From Octopus vulgaris (Eukaryota), in the NCBI GenBank assembly GCA_951406725.2, contig OX597837.1:2170001-2234000 (forward strand): a DNA stretch of 64,000 bases, read 5' to 3'. Under the pieces are notes generated by a model. It was not told the origin of the DNA. It worked only from the letters and a program-made list of their open reading frames with translations, and did no database searches. The stretch's first letter is position 1; each line of letters begins with the position of its first letter. Positions 12,309 to 26,573 of this stretch are shown one piece after another. The translations under genes were made by a program, and so were the position numbers.

Positions 12309-13627
12309 TTCATTTTCTGAAGTTACAAATCACACTTTTTACTGAATTCAGTCCAGAGCACTTCATAATATTCCTGTGATTCATTCCTCCAGTGTTATGC
12401 CTCACACTTTACTTACCATTGAGTGCGTACAATACACTTTCTTTTAGAAATTGGACGTTGAGGTTTTATTTGAATTATAACTAGATGGTGGTTGTTATTA
12501 ATCAGCCTGAAATATTTGAAGCAAACTTCATCATGAAAGAAACCCAGTCAATACTTACGAGGAACAGCCTTTGGGTATGGCTGAAAAAGAATGGTGAAAC
12601 CTAGTTCAGGAAGGGATATGTATAGGTGGGTAACAGGTACCTGTTTGCCTATGTAGTAAGTGAGACCGGCAGGAATCCACAACTGGAATGGTGATGATAA
12701 TCCTGAGATAAAATATTTAAGACTGAATGCCAATAATTAAATACTCGTCAGTCGATCCTGTGTGCAGAGCCTCATATTAGTTACAGGGCCAATGCACGGT
12801 AAAACCATCGAGAGAAATGTCCCGAAACGATGTACATTCCATCCTGGTGGACCCACCCCAATAATGCCCACTGACGTCCGGTAAACGGAGTTTTCAATTG
12901 GCAGCATTTGCACAAGTAATCTATTTGCAAGCCTTCATTTTATTTTAGCATATTTTGCGATTCCCTTCACATTTCATCCGTTCAATTTTTTAAACGTTTT
13001 CTCTTGGTTTAACTATATTCTTCAAAATAATTAGCTTCTGGTTTCTCCATTATCGTGTCTTTATTTTTAGACAACAACAACGTCAACAACAACAACAACA
13101 AAATACTCAATGTCTGGCTCTAAATTTAATGTCCACAGTTTCAATTAATTTAACACTTCCAATAACAGCCATAGCACATGTTTTTTTTTTTAGTTCCTTA
13201 CTCATTTTTATATTTGGGATAAATTGATAAACAATATTTAGTTATTATAACTCCAGCTGGTTACTGTCCAGTGTAAATACTTGTCAGTTCTTCATATGAT
13301 ATAAATGGTTTTGTAATTTGTCTGTCGAATTTGTAACCAATTCCGTTCTTGTTGTTGTTATCATTAGAACGCCGCTAGTAATAATAAAGAAACCATCATT
13401 CCTATTATTACTATTATTATTATTATTACTATTATTATTATCATTATTATTATTATTACGATCATTTTCTATTATTATCACAGAGACATAATACATATGC
13501 AATGAAAGAAAGAAAGAGGGTGAATAGATTGGCAGAGCGCCTTGGAATTATGAGAAAAGAAGCATTAAATCATTTGCGCTAAATTCAATGCTGTTTAAGC
13601 ATGTCAAATGCGCCTGTATTTTACAAG

Positions 13628-13667
13628 CCAATCGCATTATGTACGAAAGTCACGTGACATAATTATA
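13628..13667 (+). promoter_or_regulatory. CCAAT box + palindromic E-box + TAATTA module, copy 1
   Basis: CCAATCG-N14-GTCACGTGAC-ATAATTATA; the same motif blocks and spacing recur at 21171-21210 on the minus strand. Confidence 0.5.
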
Positions 13668-13954
13668 AACCTATACTCGCCATACAGCAAGCATATAAAC
13701 ACATATAAGGAAACCCACAGGTGCTCCACTCCGCGCGTGTATACATATGTATATGTGTGCATATATGTATATGTCTGTGTATATATATATATATATATAG
13801 ACACACACAGAAAAACCGTTGTGTTAGTTCAACCATATACGTTTAGCCAAAGCTCCAAGACCGTTTGCACAAGTAACTGTGTCTGTCTCGTGAATAAATT
13901 TATAAATGGAAACAGTTGAGAAGGCCATATTAATAATACATACACACACACTGA

Positions 13955-14087
<133 letters not shown>

Positions 14088-14431
14088 GCAGAGACACAAC
14101 TAGTATTCATTTGTTTATTCATAGCCATGTACCTTTGGCTGTTCAGTTCAAAGGGACGATAGATTAAATATACCATTAAACAATAACTGGTCGGTTTAAC
14201 AATTCAAGGTGATGCCCCAGCATGACCGTAGTCCAGTGATTGAAACGAGAAATTGTATAAAATAGTGCACCAATATTTGTGTGGTGTGTGTGTGAGTGTG
14301 TATTAAAAGTATGTATTTATGTATACAAGTATGTATGTATGTATATATGTATGTATGTATGCATGTATTTATGTATGTATGTATGTATAAGTCTTTATAT
14401 GTATATATACATACATACGTACGTACATACA

Positions 14432-14465
<34 letters not shown>

Positions 14466-14496
14466 CATACATACATACATACATACATACATACAT

Positions 14497-15255
14497 ACGG
14501 GCTATAACGATAATTCATGTTGTTTTCTTTTGTCGGGAACAGTTTCAAGTGTATGCGAACAGTCAACGGCGTTGAAGTTCATAAAGATTAAAGCTATAGC
14601 TGAGAAAAAATTAGCTGACATGGAGGACTGGAAGCCATCTGAACATTTGAAAAGAGTTACTTGTGACATGATTATTTACGCCTGGTATCAAAGTGCAAAC
14701 GTCATGACTTCTGCTCTATGCCTCTCTGAACTCTGTAAAGGCTGTAACTTGGCATGGACAGCTGCAACTGAGACTACGAAGCCATTTCCGGATAACAGGG
14801 GACACAGCAAGACGTGATGCATCTATCAACAGCACGACAGCAGAATGGATGATCGGATCACGGTAATCTGGGATTAGGCTTGAGAGATGGGTGTTGGAGC
14901 CGCCACCATGAAACTGAATGAAGACGTTTGCTACCACTTGTACAAGATACGTAAGGGACAACTTCTGATAACCAAGTCCGAAAAGAAGTGTTTAACGAAG
15001 ATAAAGAAGCATTTGAATAAGCTGAACCGGGGAGGATCTGGTTCTTCTCAAATGAACACAACTTCTACCAGGAACAGTTGCATAACAACCAGAACAACAG
15101 CTTACTTGCCTACAAATCTCATTAATGTTTCACATATCGGGAAAACCAAGTTCTATGATGGTCTTTGGGTGTGTTCCCAATGATGGTGAGGTCAAGTCAC
15201 CTGTTAAACGGGATCTTAATCCAGACGCTGTTGGAAAGGGTAGTGAAATTATGGC
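14497..15255 (+). mobile_element. Decayed Tc1/mariner transposase (maT/DD37D-like)
   Basis: Fragments EDVCYHLYKIRKGQLL and WFFSNEHNFYQEQLHNNQNN resemble the first-aspartate region (FFSDEKxF...HNxQNxR). Many frameshifts. Confidence 0.6.
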
Positions 15256-15715
15256 TTTCTCTCTCGTTGCTCACACGTGACCATCGCCCATCTTTCTTTT
15301 CCTCACGTGTCCAACTTTTTTCCTGCATGGACGTTCAAAAGAACGGACGTATTTTTCACTCTCTCTTCTATCTTTCCCCAAAAAAGTTTCTCCCAGCGTT
15401 CACTGTTATCGTCTCGTTCTTGTCTAACTACCTTCCATGTTTGTTTTCGTTCGTTTTCCTTGTGTCGCCACTGTCATCTTTATGACCCTCAAAAAATGAT
15501 AAATTTTATTTAGAAATTATGAGGGAAACTGTCTTTGACGACTAATATTGTCCCTGAATGCTCGAAATGAGGAGTAGATACACCGCCGACAATTGATGAA
15601 GGACCTTTTCTATGGGTTTACTTGTCCTGTTTTTCATTTTTCTCGTCGTTTACGTGTTTCATGTTATTTGCTCCGTTAGTGATGTCCTGTGCCCATATTT
15701 GCATGTATGTATGTA

Positions 15716-15776
<61 letters not shown>

Positions 15777-15778
<2 letters not shown>

Positions 15779-16033
15779 TAATAAATGAAATAAAACATAT
15801 GCATATATATAAACATATATGTACGTACCTACCTCTACATGTACATATACACGCATATATGAGTACAGGACACCAAAGGGACGTCGAACACAAAGAGAAA
15901 CGAAAACATAGACATAAACCAAAGGAACAGGACATTTTTTAAAAAACAACAAAAAATGGAGTACAGGACAATTAACACAACGAAAAACCCCTTCTTCAGT
16001 CGCTAAGGTTTCATCTACTCTATGTTTCGAAGG
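15777..16033 (-). mobile_element. Penelope-pLTR-like repeat, inverted partial copy of 17845-18100
   Basis: Its reverse complement aligns with 17845-18100 (CCTTCGAAAC.TAGAGTAGATGAAA...GCGACTGAAGAAGGG...GGTGTCCTGTACTCAT...GTAGAGGTAGGTACGTAC). Flanked by (TA)n. Confidence 0.65.
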
Positions 16034-16069
16034 ATATATATATATATAAAAGCATATATACAGAGAAAG

Positions 16070-16230
16070 AGGAGTGGATGTGTGGTAAGAAGCTTGCTTC
16101 CCCACGACATGGTTCCGAGTTCAGTTTCACTGAGTGGCACCATGGGAAAGTGTCTTCTACTACAATCACGGGCCGACCAAACCCTTGTGAGTGGATTTAG
16201 TAGACGGAAACTGAAAGAGACCCGTCGTAT
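16070..16230 (+). mobile_element. SINE family A, 5' half
   Basis: GGAGTGGATGTGTGGTAAGAAGCTTGCTTCC...CGGAAACTGAAAGAGACCCGTCG. Confidence 0.8.
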
Positions 16231-16315
16231 ATATGTATGCATGCATGTATGTATGTATGTATGTATGTATGTATGTATGTATGTATGTATGTATGTATGT
16301 ATGTATGCATGTACA

Positions 16316-16541
16316 CAGTAATCTCTCGCCATATCGCAGTTTACTTCTTGCGGTTTATTATTTAAGCTTATGTCGATTGCTCCTTGGTGTTGTTTTGCAT
16401 TTATGATAAAATTAATACATATAAAAATCATAAAAATAATTTTTATAGAAATATACAGTACAGTACTGTTTCTACTTAGCGGATTTCCACCTATAGCGGG
16501 GTGTTTTGGAACATAACACCCGCGATAGTCGAGGTATTGCG
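16316..16541. mobile_element. Tigger/pogo-like MITE
   Basis: Imperfect terminal inverted repeats CAGTAATCTCTCGCCATATCGCAG ... CCGCGATAGTCGAGGTATTGCG; a second partial copy lies at 2758. Confidence 0.6.
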
Positions 16542-16565
16542 ATATATATACATATATATATATAT

Positions 16566-16643
<78 letters not shown>

Positions 16644-16680
16644 TATACATGCATATATATATACATATGTATATATATAT

Positions 16681-17174
16681 AACATTACGTTATATAATTA
16701 GGGTTCAGTAAAATAATTTACTTTACCACACACCGAACTTTTAGAAATAGCAGCCAAAAAATCTTAGCTATTTCTTCTACTGTCTGGGATTTCACATATC
16801 AGACGGGTATGTTCGATTTTTAGTGCTCTCAAATCCAAATCTAAGAAATCTTTGAGCTGACGAAGGAAATGTTGATCTTTAAATTCAACTAATCTAGAAA
16901 CGTACGTTCTCAAGTAATCTTATGTACATGTGATCTTTTGTTATTTTTCCCTCCATACCTGCTTGAATTATTTTTGAGTATACATTGTCTGGGAGATATT
17001 TCTTATAGTAGAAGAAATAGCTAAGATTTTTTGGCTGCTATTTCTAAAAGTTCAGTGTGTGGTAAAGTAAATTATTTTACTGAACCCTAATTATATAACG
17101 TAATGTTTTAAATATACCGTAAATGGTCTTCTTACATACTGAACACTACTTGGTAAAATTAATTAAAAATTAAT

Positions 17175-17178
<4 letters not shown>
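16681..17178 (+). mobile_element. Non-autonomous Penelope-like element with 101-bp inverted duplication and hammerhead, in (TA)n
   Basis: 16681-16781 is a near-perfect reverse complement of 17007-17107. A hammerhead lies between the arms and (TA)n flanks both sides. Confidence 0.7.
16851..16914 (+). ncRNA. Type I hammerhead ribozyme motif with palindromic stem III
   Basis: TTTGAG-CTGACGA-agg..GTTGA..TCAAC..cta-GAAA-CGTACG-T-T-CTCAAG. Stem I TTGAG/CTCAA, stem III ACGTACGT, GUU triplet. The base of stem II is imperfect. Confidence 0.65.
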
Positions 17179-17208
<30 letters not shown>

Positions 17209-17213
<5 letters not shown>

Positions 17214-17426
17214 GAGGTAGGTACGTACATATATGTATATATATATATGCATATGTTTTATTTATTAATATATTATATGACGGAACGTACGCATCCCTTT
17301 CTAAGTAAGATTGTTCTTGATATTAATTTTGATGCGCACTCTTAACCTTTCTGTCCCCTCCGATTCTCAGCCTTCATTCTTTGATTTCCTTTTCTTCTAC
17401 TTAACTGTCTCTCCCTCTCTCTCATT

Positions 17427-17458
<32 letters not shown>

Positions 17459-18105
17459 ATTCTTTATTCTTTCTGGTTTCCTCACAACCATTACCCTTTC
17501 TTCTCTCTCTTTCTCTTACTCCTCCTCTTCCCTCCCGCCGTTAACCCGCGACGAGAGCCTTGCCACCTTCTTTCTCGCCTGACCTTCTTGAGGTGTGGAC
17601 GGCAATTTTCTTTGCCCCCTTCGCCGTCCACAGAAGTAGCGTTCGTAATACTTTTTTCGTTCGGCTTAACAGCCCTTCTTGTCTTGTTATTTTCCTTGTC
17701 CTGTCTTTTACTGCTTATATTTTGATCTGTCGTTACTGTCCTGTTTTTGTTACCATTTTTACCCCTCTACAAAAAGATCTCAAATTTTATTTGATTTGCT
17801 TTTCGCAGGAAGGAAAGTTTCTATCGAAGATACGTCTCGCCTTCACCTTCGAAACGTAGAGTAGATGAAATCATGGCGACTGAAGAAGGGTTTTTTTCCT
17901 TGTGTTATTTGTTCTGTACTCTATTGTTTTTGTTGTTTAAGAAAAATGTCCAGTTCCTTGGGTTTGTGTCTATGTTTTCGTTTCTCATTGTGTTCGACGT
18001 TTTTTTGGTGTCCTGTACTCATGTATGCGTGTATATATACATGTAGAGGTAGGTACGTACATATATGTATATATATATGCATATGTTTTATTTATTAATA
18101 TATTA
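17209..18105 (+). mobile_element. Penelope-pLTR-like element with ~65-bp terminal direct repeat
   Basis: ATGTAGAGGTAGGTACGTACATATATG...GTTTTATTTATTAATATATTAT occurs at both ~17209-17277 and ~18041-18105. Flanked by (TA)n; an inverted partial copy lies at 15777. Confidence 0.55.
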
Positions 18106-18224
18106 TATATATATATATATATTTATAATACGTACATACATACAAGGATAATGAAAATCAGAAACACATCAACTTAATGAACTGCATCAATTTAACAGTA
18201 CAGTACAGCCATTTATTCCATCAA

Positions 18225-18257
<33 letters not shown>

Positions 18258-18668
18258 CAACAACAACAACACTGTGGGTTGGAATTCTGCCTTGTTCCTA
18301 TCCTGTGATTGTCTTCTTTGACGTTACGTGGAATGAGGCTATTTAACGATTTAAATATCTTCACCATGGGCCCTAATGTGATGTGGCGACGCCTTTTTGC
18401 TATTATGGCCGCTCGATCAATCGTCGATTTCGGCCTAAACGATAACAACAGCAACAACAACTACTACTACTACTACTACTACTACTACGTCTACAACTAC
18501 TAATATTACTACAGCCGCAGCAGTGGCAACAGCAGCAGCAGCCTCAGCAATAACGGCGTTTCTCCCATTTCCACCAAAACCAGAAAAGAAAAAGAAAAGA
18601 AAATTAATAAAGATAAAATTGCATTTATGATTCTCTGGGTTTTAACATTTGAACTGAGAAAAACCTTT

Positions 18669-18738
<70 letters not shown>

Positions 18739-18770
18739 ATATATATATATAAATACACAAATATATATGA

Positions 18771-18801
<31 letters not shown>

Positions 18802-18855
18802 CATATATATGTATATATATGTATATATATATATACAAATATATATATATATATG

Positions 18856-18898
<43 letters not shown>

Positions 18899-19461
18899 AT
18901 ATATATATATATGTATGTATATGTATATTCATATATGTATATTCATATATGCATATATATGTATGTTTGTATTTATGTACATTAACATATATATTTACAC
19001 ATATTCATACACATACACACACAGACTCACACACACACACAGACTCACACACAGAAGTGTATGCGCAACCCTCTAACTCTTTTCCATCTGCAGATAACTC
19101 TCCCCGTTCTCTATGGTCCTCTTTTTCACCCCATTTGTCTCCCTCCCCTTCATCTATATCTTATAATGTAATGTAAAGGGGATGGCGATCGATTTTTGAT
19201 ATTTTTTTCGGCAACGCTTAAAAATCCGATGACCCTTAAGTGGACAGGAGGTGAAACATTTTATCAACATTCCTTTGTGCTTTGTAGAAGATGTGTCATG
19301 GCCGACACACAAAGTGTGAAATCAATTTCCGGTATGTGGCTTAAGCGGTGGTCACGACTTAATGAAAGACAAAATGGCCGCTCGAGAAATTATTGGACGA
19401 AATCCTTACTGGCTGAAGATGTATATGAATTTGAGACTCAGCGTCTGTGTGTGTCTATAAA

Positions 19462-19504
<43 letters not shown>

Positions 19505-19638
19505 ACATACAAACACATATGTATGCATGTGTATATTTATGTATATATGTATATACATATAGTATACGTACATACATCCATTTTTATAAATATTATGCTT
19601 ACATTTATATACATGTATACATATATACCTAAACATAC

Positions 19639-19696
<58 letters not shown>

Positions 19697-20234
19697 GTAC
19701 GTATATATATATATATATATACGTGTGTGTATGTATAATTACGTATATGCAAAAGATTATATGTATATATCTATACTCTATGTTAGGTTTGCGTTAGTGT
19801 TTGAGTGTTAAAATATGTGTGTTTGAAGATGTGTGTGTGTTTGAAGATGTGTGTGTGTTTGCATGTGTATAGATATGAATTTTGTGTTGATGTGTGTGTT
19901 TGTGAACCAGCGTTTGTGTCCACGTGAGCATGTGAATTTGTGTGCGTTTATATATAAATATCTCTTGATCTACTTACGCACATATATTTCAACATATGCG
20001 CACCTGTATGATTGGGTGTATGTGAGTGTGCGTGCGTGTAAGTGTAAATGTGTGTGTAGGGGGAGTATATGCGTGTCTGTGTCTGTGTGTGTATGATACC
20101 GGAATACATCTGACAGTCTCCATTCTCTTAAAGGTATTTTAATCCCCAAAATCTCGTCCATAAGTCTGCGCATTTAGACTCCATGTTTGTTGAGTAGCAA
20201 GCATGCATTTATGCATAAGCCACAGGATGTGCAT

Positions 20235-20271
<37 letters not shown>

Positions 20272-20419
20272 TGTGTGTGTCTGTGTGTGTCTGTGTGTTT
20301 GCGTGTGTCTGTGTGTCTGTGCATATGTGAGTGTAGATGTATATGTCCAACAGGACATGTATGCAAATATGTATGTGCGAGTGTATAGTTCCACCTACAC
20401 ACTAAATATATATATATAC

Positions 20420-20482
<63 letters not shown>

Positions 20483-20633
20483 CGTGTATATGCATGACGT
20501 TGTGTTTGTTTGTTGATATATATTTATGTGAATGTGTGTATATGTATTTCTGTGTATATGTTAACGCTCACTTGCCTATATAGGAATGTATGTCTGTAGA
20601 TGAACATCTGTAGACATGTGTGTGCGTGTGTGT

Positions 20634-20665
<32 letters not shown>

Positions 20666-20793
20666 TTGTGTATTTATTTATATATATATATACATACGTA
20701 CGTATTTAGAAACACACATATGCACATATATTAATGTATATATATGTATGTATATAAACATATATAAATATAGGTACACACACACACACATGT

Positions 20794-20848
<55 letters not shown>

Positions 20849-20984
20849 CATTCATATAACTACTTTTTCGTACAAAATTGTTTGTAAATGTATATGTGTG
20901 TATGTATATATACATTTATGTTTGTATATATGAACCCACGAAAACGAATACATGCATCTGTATATATATGTAAATAGATAGAAT

Positions 20985-21022
<38 letters not shown>

Positions 21023-21063
21023 GAGATAGATAGAGAGATAGAGATAGAGAGAGATAGATAGAC

Positions 21064-21112
<49 letters not shown>

Positions 21113-21170
21113 TGAATATATGTTTGGGTTTGTGTATTTGTTTGTGAATGTGCGCGAGAGACGAGGAGCC

Positions 21171-21210
21171 TATAATTATGTCACGTGACAACTGCACTTG
21201 TTACGATTGG
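21171..21210 (-). promoter_or_regulatory. CCAAT box + palindromic E-box + TAATTA module, copy 2
   Basis: Reverse complement is CCAATCG-taacaagtgcagtt-GTCACGTGAC-ATAATTATA. A TATAAAG lies at 21234-21240 on the plus strand. Confidence 0.5.
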
Positions 21211-22032
21211 AGGAAAGAACAGACGGCGCAAAGTATAAAGCACAGCAAATACGTGACAGATATCGCCGCTGATGATGGCAGCGAAAGTGGTGCTGGTGGT
21301 GGTGGCGGTGGTGGCGGTGGCAGTGGTGGTGACGGTGGCAGTGGTGGTGGTGGTGGGGGGGGTACAACGAGGGAGTAATGTTCATCATGAGGAGTCGGAG
21401 GAAGAGAAGACAATACAGGTAGAAGTGGGGGGATGAGGTGACAGGTGGGAGGATTGTAACGATGTTGTGTGTTGTAGGAATGACAAGGATGACGATACGA
21501 AATGGCCATGTGTAACATTATCTACTTATGGACCTACACATGTGTGTGTGTGCGTGTGTATATATATATTACTTGCGCATATATAACATAAGCATATGTA
21601 TATATATATATATATAACATATGTGTGTATGTATACATACATATGTATGTATATCTATAGATGCAAATAAATATTATGCATTTACATATATGTATGCATG
21701 ATTCCTAAAAACGTATCTGATCACAAATTTTCATACATACATATATAGATATATATGTTGTATATAATTATATATATATATATATACATACATTAATATA
21801 TGTATATATATATGCATATGTATATGTGTGTATATATATTCATATATATATGCATACACACACATACATGTTTGTATATGCATGTAAGTTTGTATATATT
21901 ATATATACATTTTTATATGTGCGTATGTATGCTTGTATGTATGTACGTATATATATATACATATATATATGTATATATGTATATATATATCATATATATA
22001 TCCTATATATATCATATATATATCATATATAT

Positions 22033-22069
<37 letters not shown>

Positions 22070-22556
22070 TATATATATAAATAGACATACATATATTTGT
22101 ATTTAGGTACACATACACATATACACTAAATCTCATAATCGTACACAGGTATAATACCTATACTTGCAAACACGCACACATGATTGTACTGATCGTTTAT
22201 GGACAACAAAATAACGCCATGATCAATTGACAAGTATCTGCAACGATTTGCAGGTGGTAATGCAATTTGCAATGTTTCTATAGCAGTTGACAATGGCACA
22301 ATAATGGGTCTTTTGTTACAGGAATGGTATTGAAGGGGGATGGCGGAGGGGAGAATGGCGCGGATGGGGGTGACAGAGAGGTAGTGAGTTGGGGGGACAG
22401 GAAGAGGAAATAGAATGAAGGCGGATTAGATATACAGAGATAGATGGAGAGATGTATGGACAAATTAGAGGTGTTAGATAGACAAAGAGATTAGGTAGAT
22501 AGACAGACTGACAGACAGACAGGCAGGTAGATAGATAGATAGAAAGATATATGTAT

Positions 22557-22909
<353 letters not shown>

Positions 22910-23859
22910 GAGGCAGACAGGGAGGCAGACACGCAGACAGAATGACAGACTTACCGATAGGGGAGGGAGGGGCAGATATATGTATTACGGTAAGTATTAG
23001 TTTGAGAGAGAAATAAGTGGATAGAATGAGGAATCAGGTACAGAAAGAAAGGGGTTTATAGGGTTCTAAGGGAGAAAGTGAGAGAGTAAGAGAGAATGGG
23101 GGGCATAAGGAGCTAAGTAAGATGGAGAGGGAGGAAGAGTGTGAAAGGGAGAGGAACATAAGGAATTAAGTGAGAGATTGACGGGCAGAGAGACATAGTG
23201 AGAGGGTGCAATGTGAGAGAGATAAATAGAATGATAGGTGTATTGATTAAAAAAGGGAGAGATAGTGAGAGTGGTGGTATAGGTCGGTAGAGATATAGAG
23301 GTGGGACGGTCGTAGATAGAGAGAAAGAGAGTAAGAGAAAGAGAGAGGAGAGAGAGAGAGACTGGGGCAGAGATGAATGAAGAGAAAGCGATATTGGGGT
23401 ATAGATTAAGGGGAGAGATGGGGAGGGAGAAAATGAGAGTGACAAATTTAGAGATAAAGAGGGGGAGGGTTGTAGAGCGATAGAAAGATAGAGTGAGAGT
23501 GGGGAGAGACAAAGAAAGGATAGAGAGGGACAGAAAATGGGACAGTGAAATAAAGAGGGGACAGGGAAGAAGAGAGAGTAGGGACTAAGAGGGAGAAAGA
23601 TTGAGGAAAAGAGAAAAAGAAAGAGAGAGGGGGAGAGAGAAAACGACGTAGACAAACAAGAAATGAAAGATCAGCATAGGGAAAAATAACCAAAAGAAGG
23701 AGAAATGGAGAGAGACAGAGTCACATGAAGAGAGAGAGAGAGGGAGGAAGAGAGACTAGGAGAGAGAGACGAAGAGAAAGAGAAAGTATTAACGAAAATG
23801 GCCACTAATGGTATAAAGACAAAGATATGTAGGGGAGAGGGGAAAAGACAGAGATGCGT

Positions 23860-23897
<38 letters not shown>

Positions 23898-24042
23898 GAA
23901 TAGACACACACAGAGAGAGACTAGCAGACAAACAGTCAGACATGGGAAGTCTAAGAAATGAAAAGGGATACGAAACAAAGTGTGTGACAGCGAGGAATAG
24001 TGAAAGAAAGAGAAAGAAAAGGGGCCCAATGAGAGAGGAAGA

Positions 24043-24085
<43 letters not shown>

Positions 24086-24167
24086 GAGATAACATGAAAG
24101 GGAACACTTACGAAAGAGTAGCTGAGAGAAGAGACCTGTTACGGACAGAGAGCTCTATTTTGTTTTC

Positions 24168-24370
<203 letters not shown>

Positions 24371-24898
24371 GAGTGAGAGAGCAGCTCATGCCATCAAAGT
24401 GACACTGGGGTAAAATATACAAAGCCCAGTATACCCATCATGACAACCCGTCTGATAAGGACACAAAAGGCACATGCAACACAACCATATGTGCACGATT
24501 AACAGTGCATGACCTCACAAGTTGGGCCCAGTTAGAAATTTCTTGAGGTTAAGTAACCCATCCTGCTCAAAAGGTCCTTGAATAAGGGTTGTTTAAGGAT
24601 GAACAAAACACCCATGTTTCCAGAGGTGAATTATTCAAACCTCCAAATAATTCCTCTCAACACATGGCTATGATGCTCCCCCACTACTTCTGCTCGTGAT
24701 CAGAGATGCAGATATCATCAGCCCCCAAGGGACATGCTCAACTGGTTAAGGTCAAACAACTGACAAGCAAATCTGTGGTATTGAGCAGAATATTTGCTGT
24801 AGCCCATCTTTTATACCAAGACAAAACAATGTACATGATAACACTTCCAATCAGTTAAGATCAGAAGCCATGAGAGCCACTGCCTGGTATGCATCAAT
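24371..24898 (-). mobile_element. ~530-bp non-coding interspersed repeat with (AAT)n tail (family C, copy 1)
   Basis: Collinear over its full length with 46287-46826. Both copies abut (ATT)n and end at nearly the same points. Confidence 0.8.
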
Positions 24899-24911
24899 GA
24901 TTCTTCTTCTT

Positions 24912-25030
<119 letters not shown>

Positions 25031-25039
25031 GTTCGTGTA

Positions 25040-25308
25040 TTGGCCGAATCGTTAGAGCGTCGAAAGACTTGTTCCAGTCCTTCACGTTCTAAGTTAAAAG
25101 CAACATGGCGTCGACTTCATCCTTCCGTTCAAAACTTGATCGTATGCCTAAAATTGTCCTTATATTCTTTCTTTTATGCGTATTTATTTCTTTACTGCCC
25201 AAAAGGGGCTAAATATAGAGGGGGCACACAAGGACAGACAAAGGGATTACGTCGATTACATCGACCCCAGTGCGTAACTGGTACTTATTTAATCGACCCC
25301 GAAAGGAT
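25040..25308. mobile_element. Two SINE family B fragments in opposite orientation
   Basis: TGGCCGAATCGTTAG head on the plus strand at 25040; GTCGATTACATCGACCCCAGTGCGTAACTGGTACTTATTTAATCGACCCCGAAAGGAT (minus orientation) at ~25250-25308. Confidence 0.65.
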
Positions 25309-25589
25309 ATGCATGGTCTCTACCCAGATCATCAGTGTGTGTCTGTACGATAGTGTAATTATCTGTATAGGATTAACTTTATATATAGGTGTGTTAGCAT
25401 ATGTGTGTGCGTGTGCGCGCGCGCGCTTTCATTTGTCGGCTTCACAGCCATTGTTCATTTGTTTACGCACCCGTAACTAAGGGATTCGGCAAAGTATACC
25501 GATATAATTATTCCCCAATAATATAATTATTGTTGCAGTGAAAGAGCTGGAACAAGTGAAAGATAAAAGATATAAACAGATCGATCGAT

Positions 25590-25880
<291 letters not shown>

Positions 25881-26537
25881 AGATTTCGATCCTCCGAAAG
25901 ATGAGTTAAACGGAACAATATACCAGTCTGTCGCCAATTTAACGGACTATAATATTAGTAATTATAAAGACAATTGTTACATTCGAGAACAGACATCTGC
26001 TTGCAACAATGGCTCCAGAACGTCTGATCTTTGTCTCTTGGGGAAATATAAGACGTTTCTACAGTCTTTTGCAATTTTGAACAAAAGATCCGAATAGGTG
26101 AAATCTATAAGAATTTGTTGACGAATTTTTGATGACCGACAAGCTAAACTAGTTCGGTTCCTTGATAATCAATTTGCCGTATTCTTGCACGACAATACAT
26201 GAAAATACCATGTTTTCATACAAGGTAATTCAATAGATGTATATGTGAGGCATTTTCTTCAGATTTTTTTCTACTTCGTTTTTCGTTAACCAATGAAATT
26301 CTGAAGACTTTTGAATGATCTGAATAAGAACGGAACACGCCAAGGATGAACATAGGTTTTCTGTCCACAGAGAGGATACAGTGAATAGGCGGTTGTTTAG
26401 CTCTGTTCAGTATATTTAATTAGGTTTAATTTGTACATTCATTCTCCCATGCAATACAGAATATGTATGTAAATATATGAATGTATGTATATATGTATAT
26501 ATCTATGTATGTGTGAATGAATGTATGCATGTATGTT

Positions 26538-26573
<36 letters not shown>

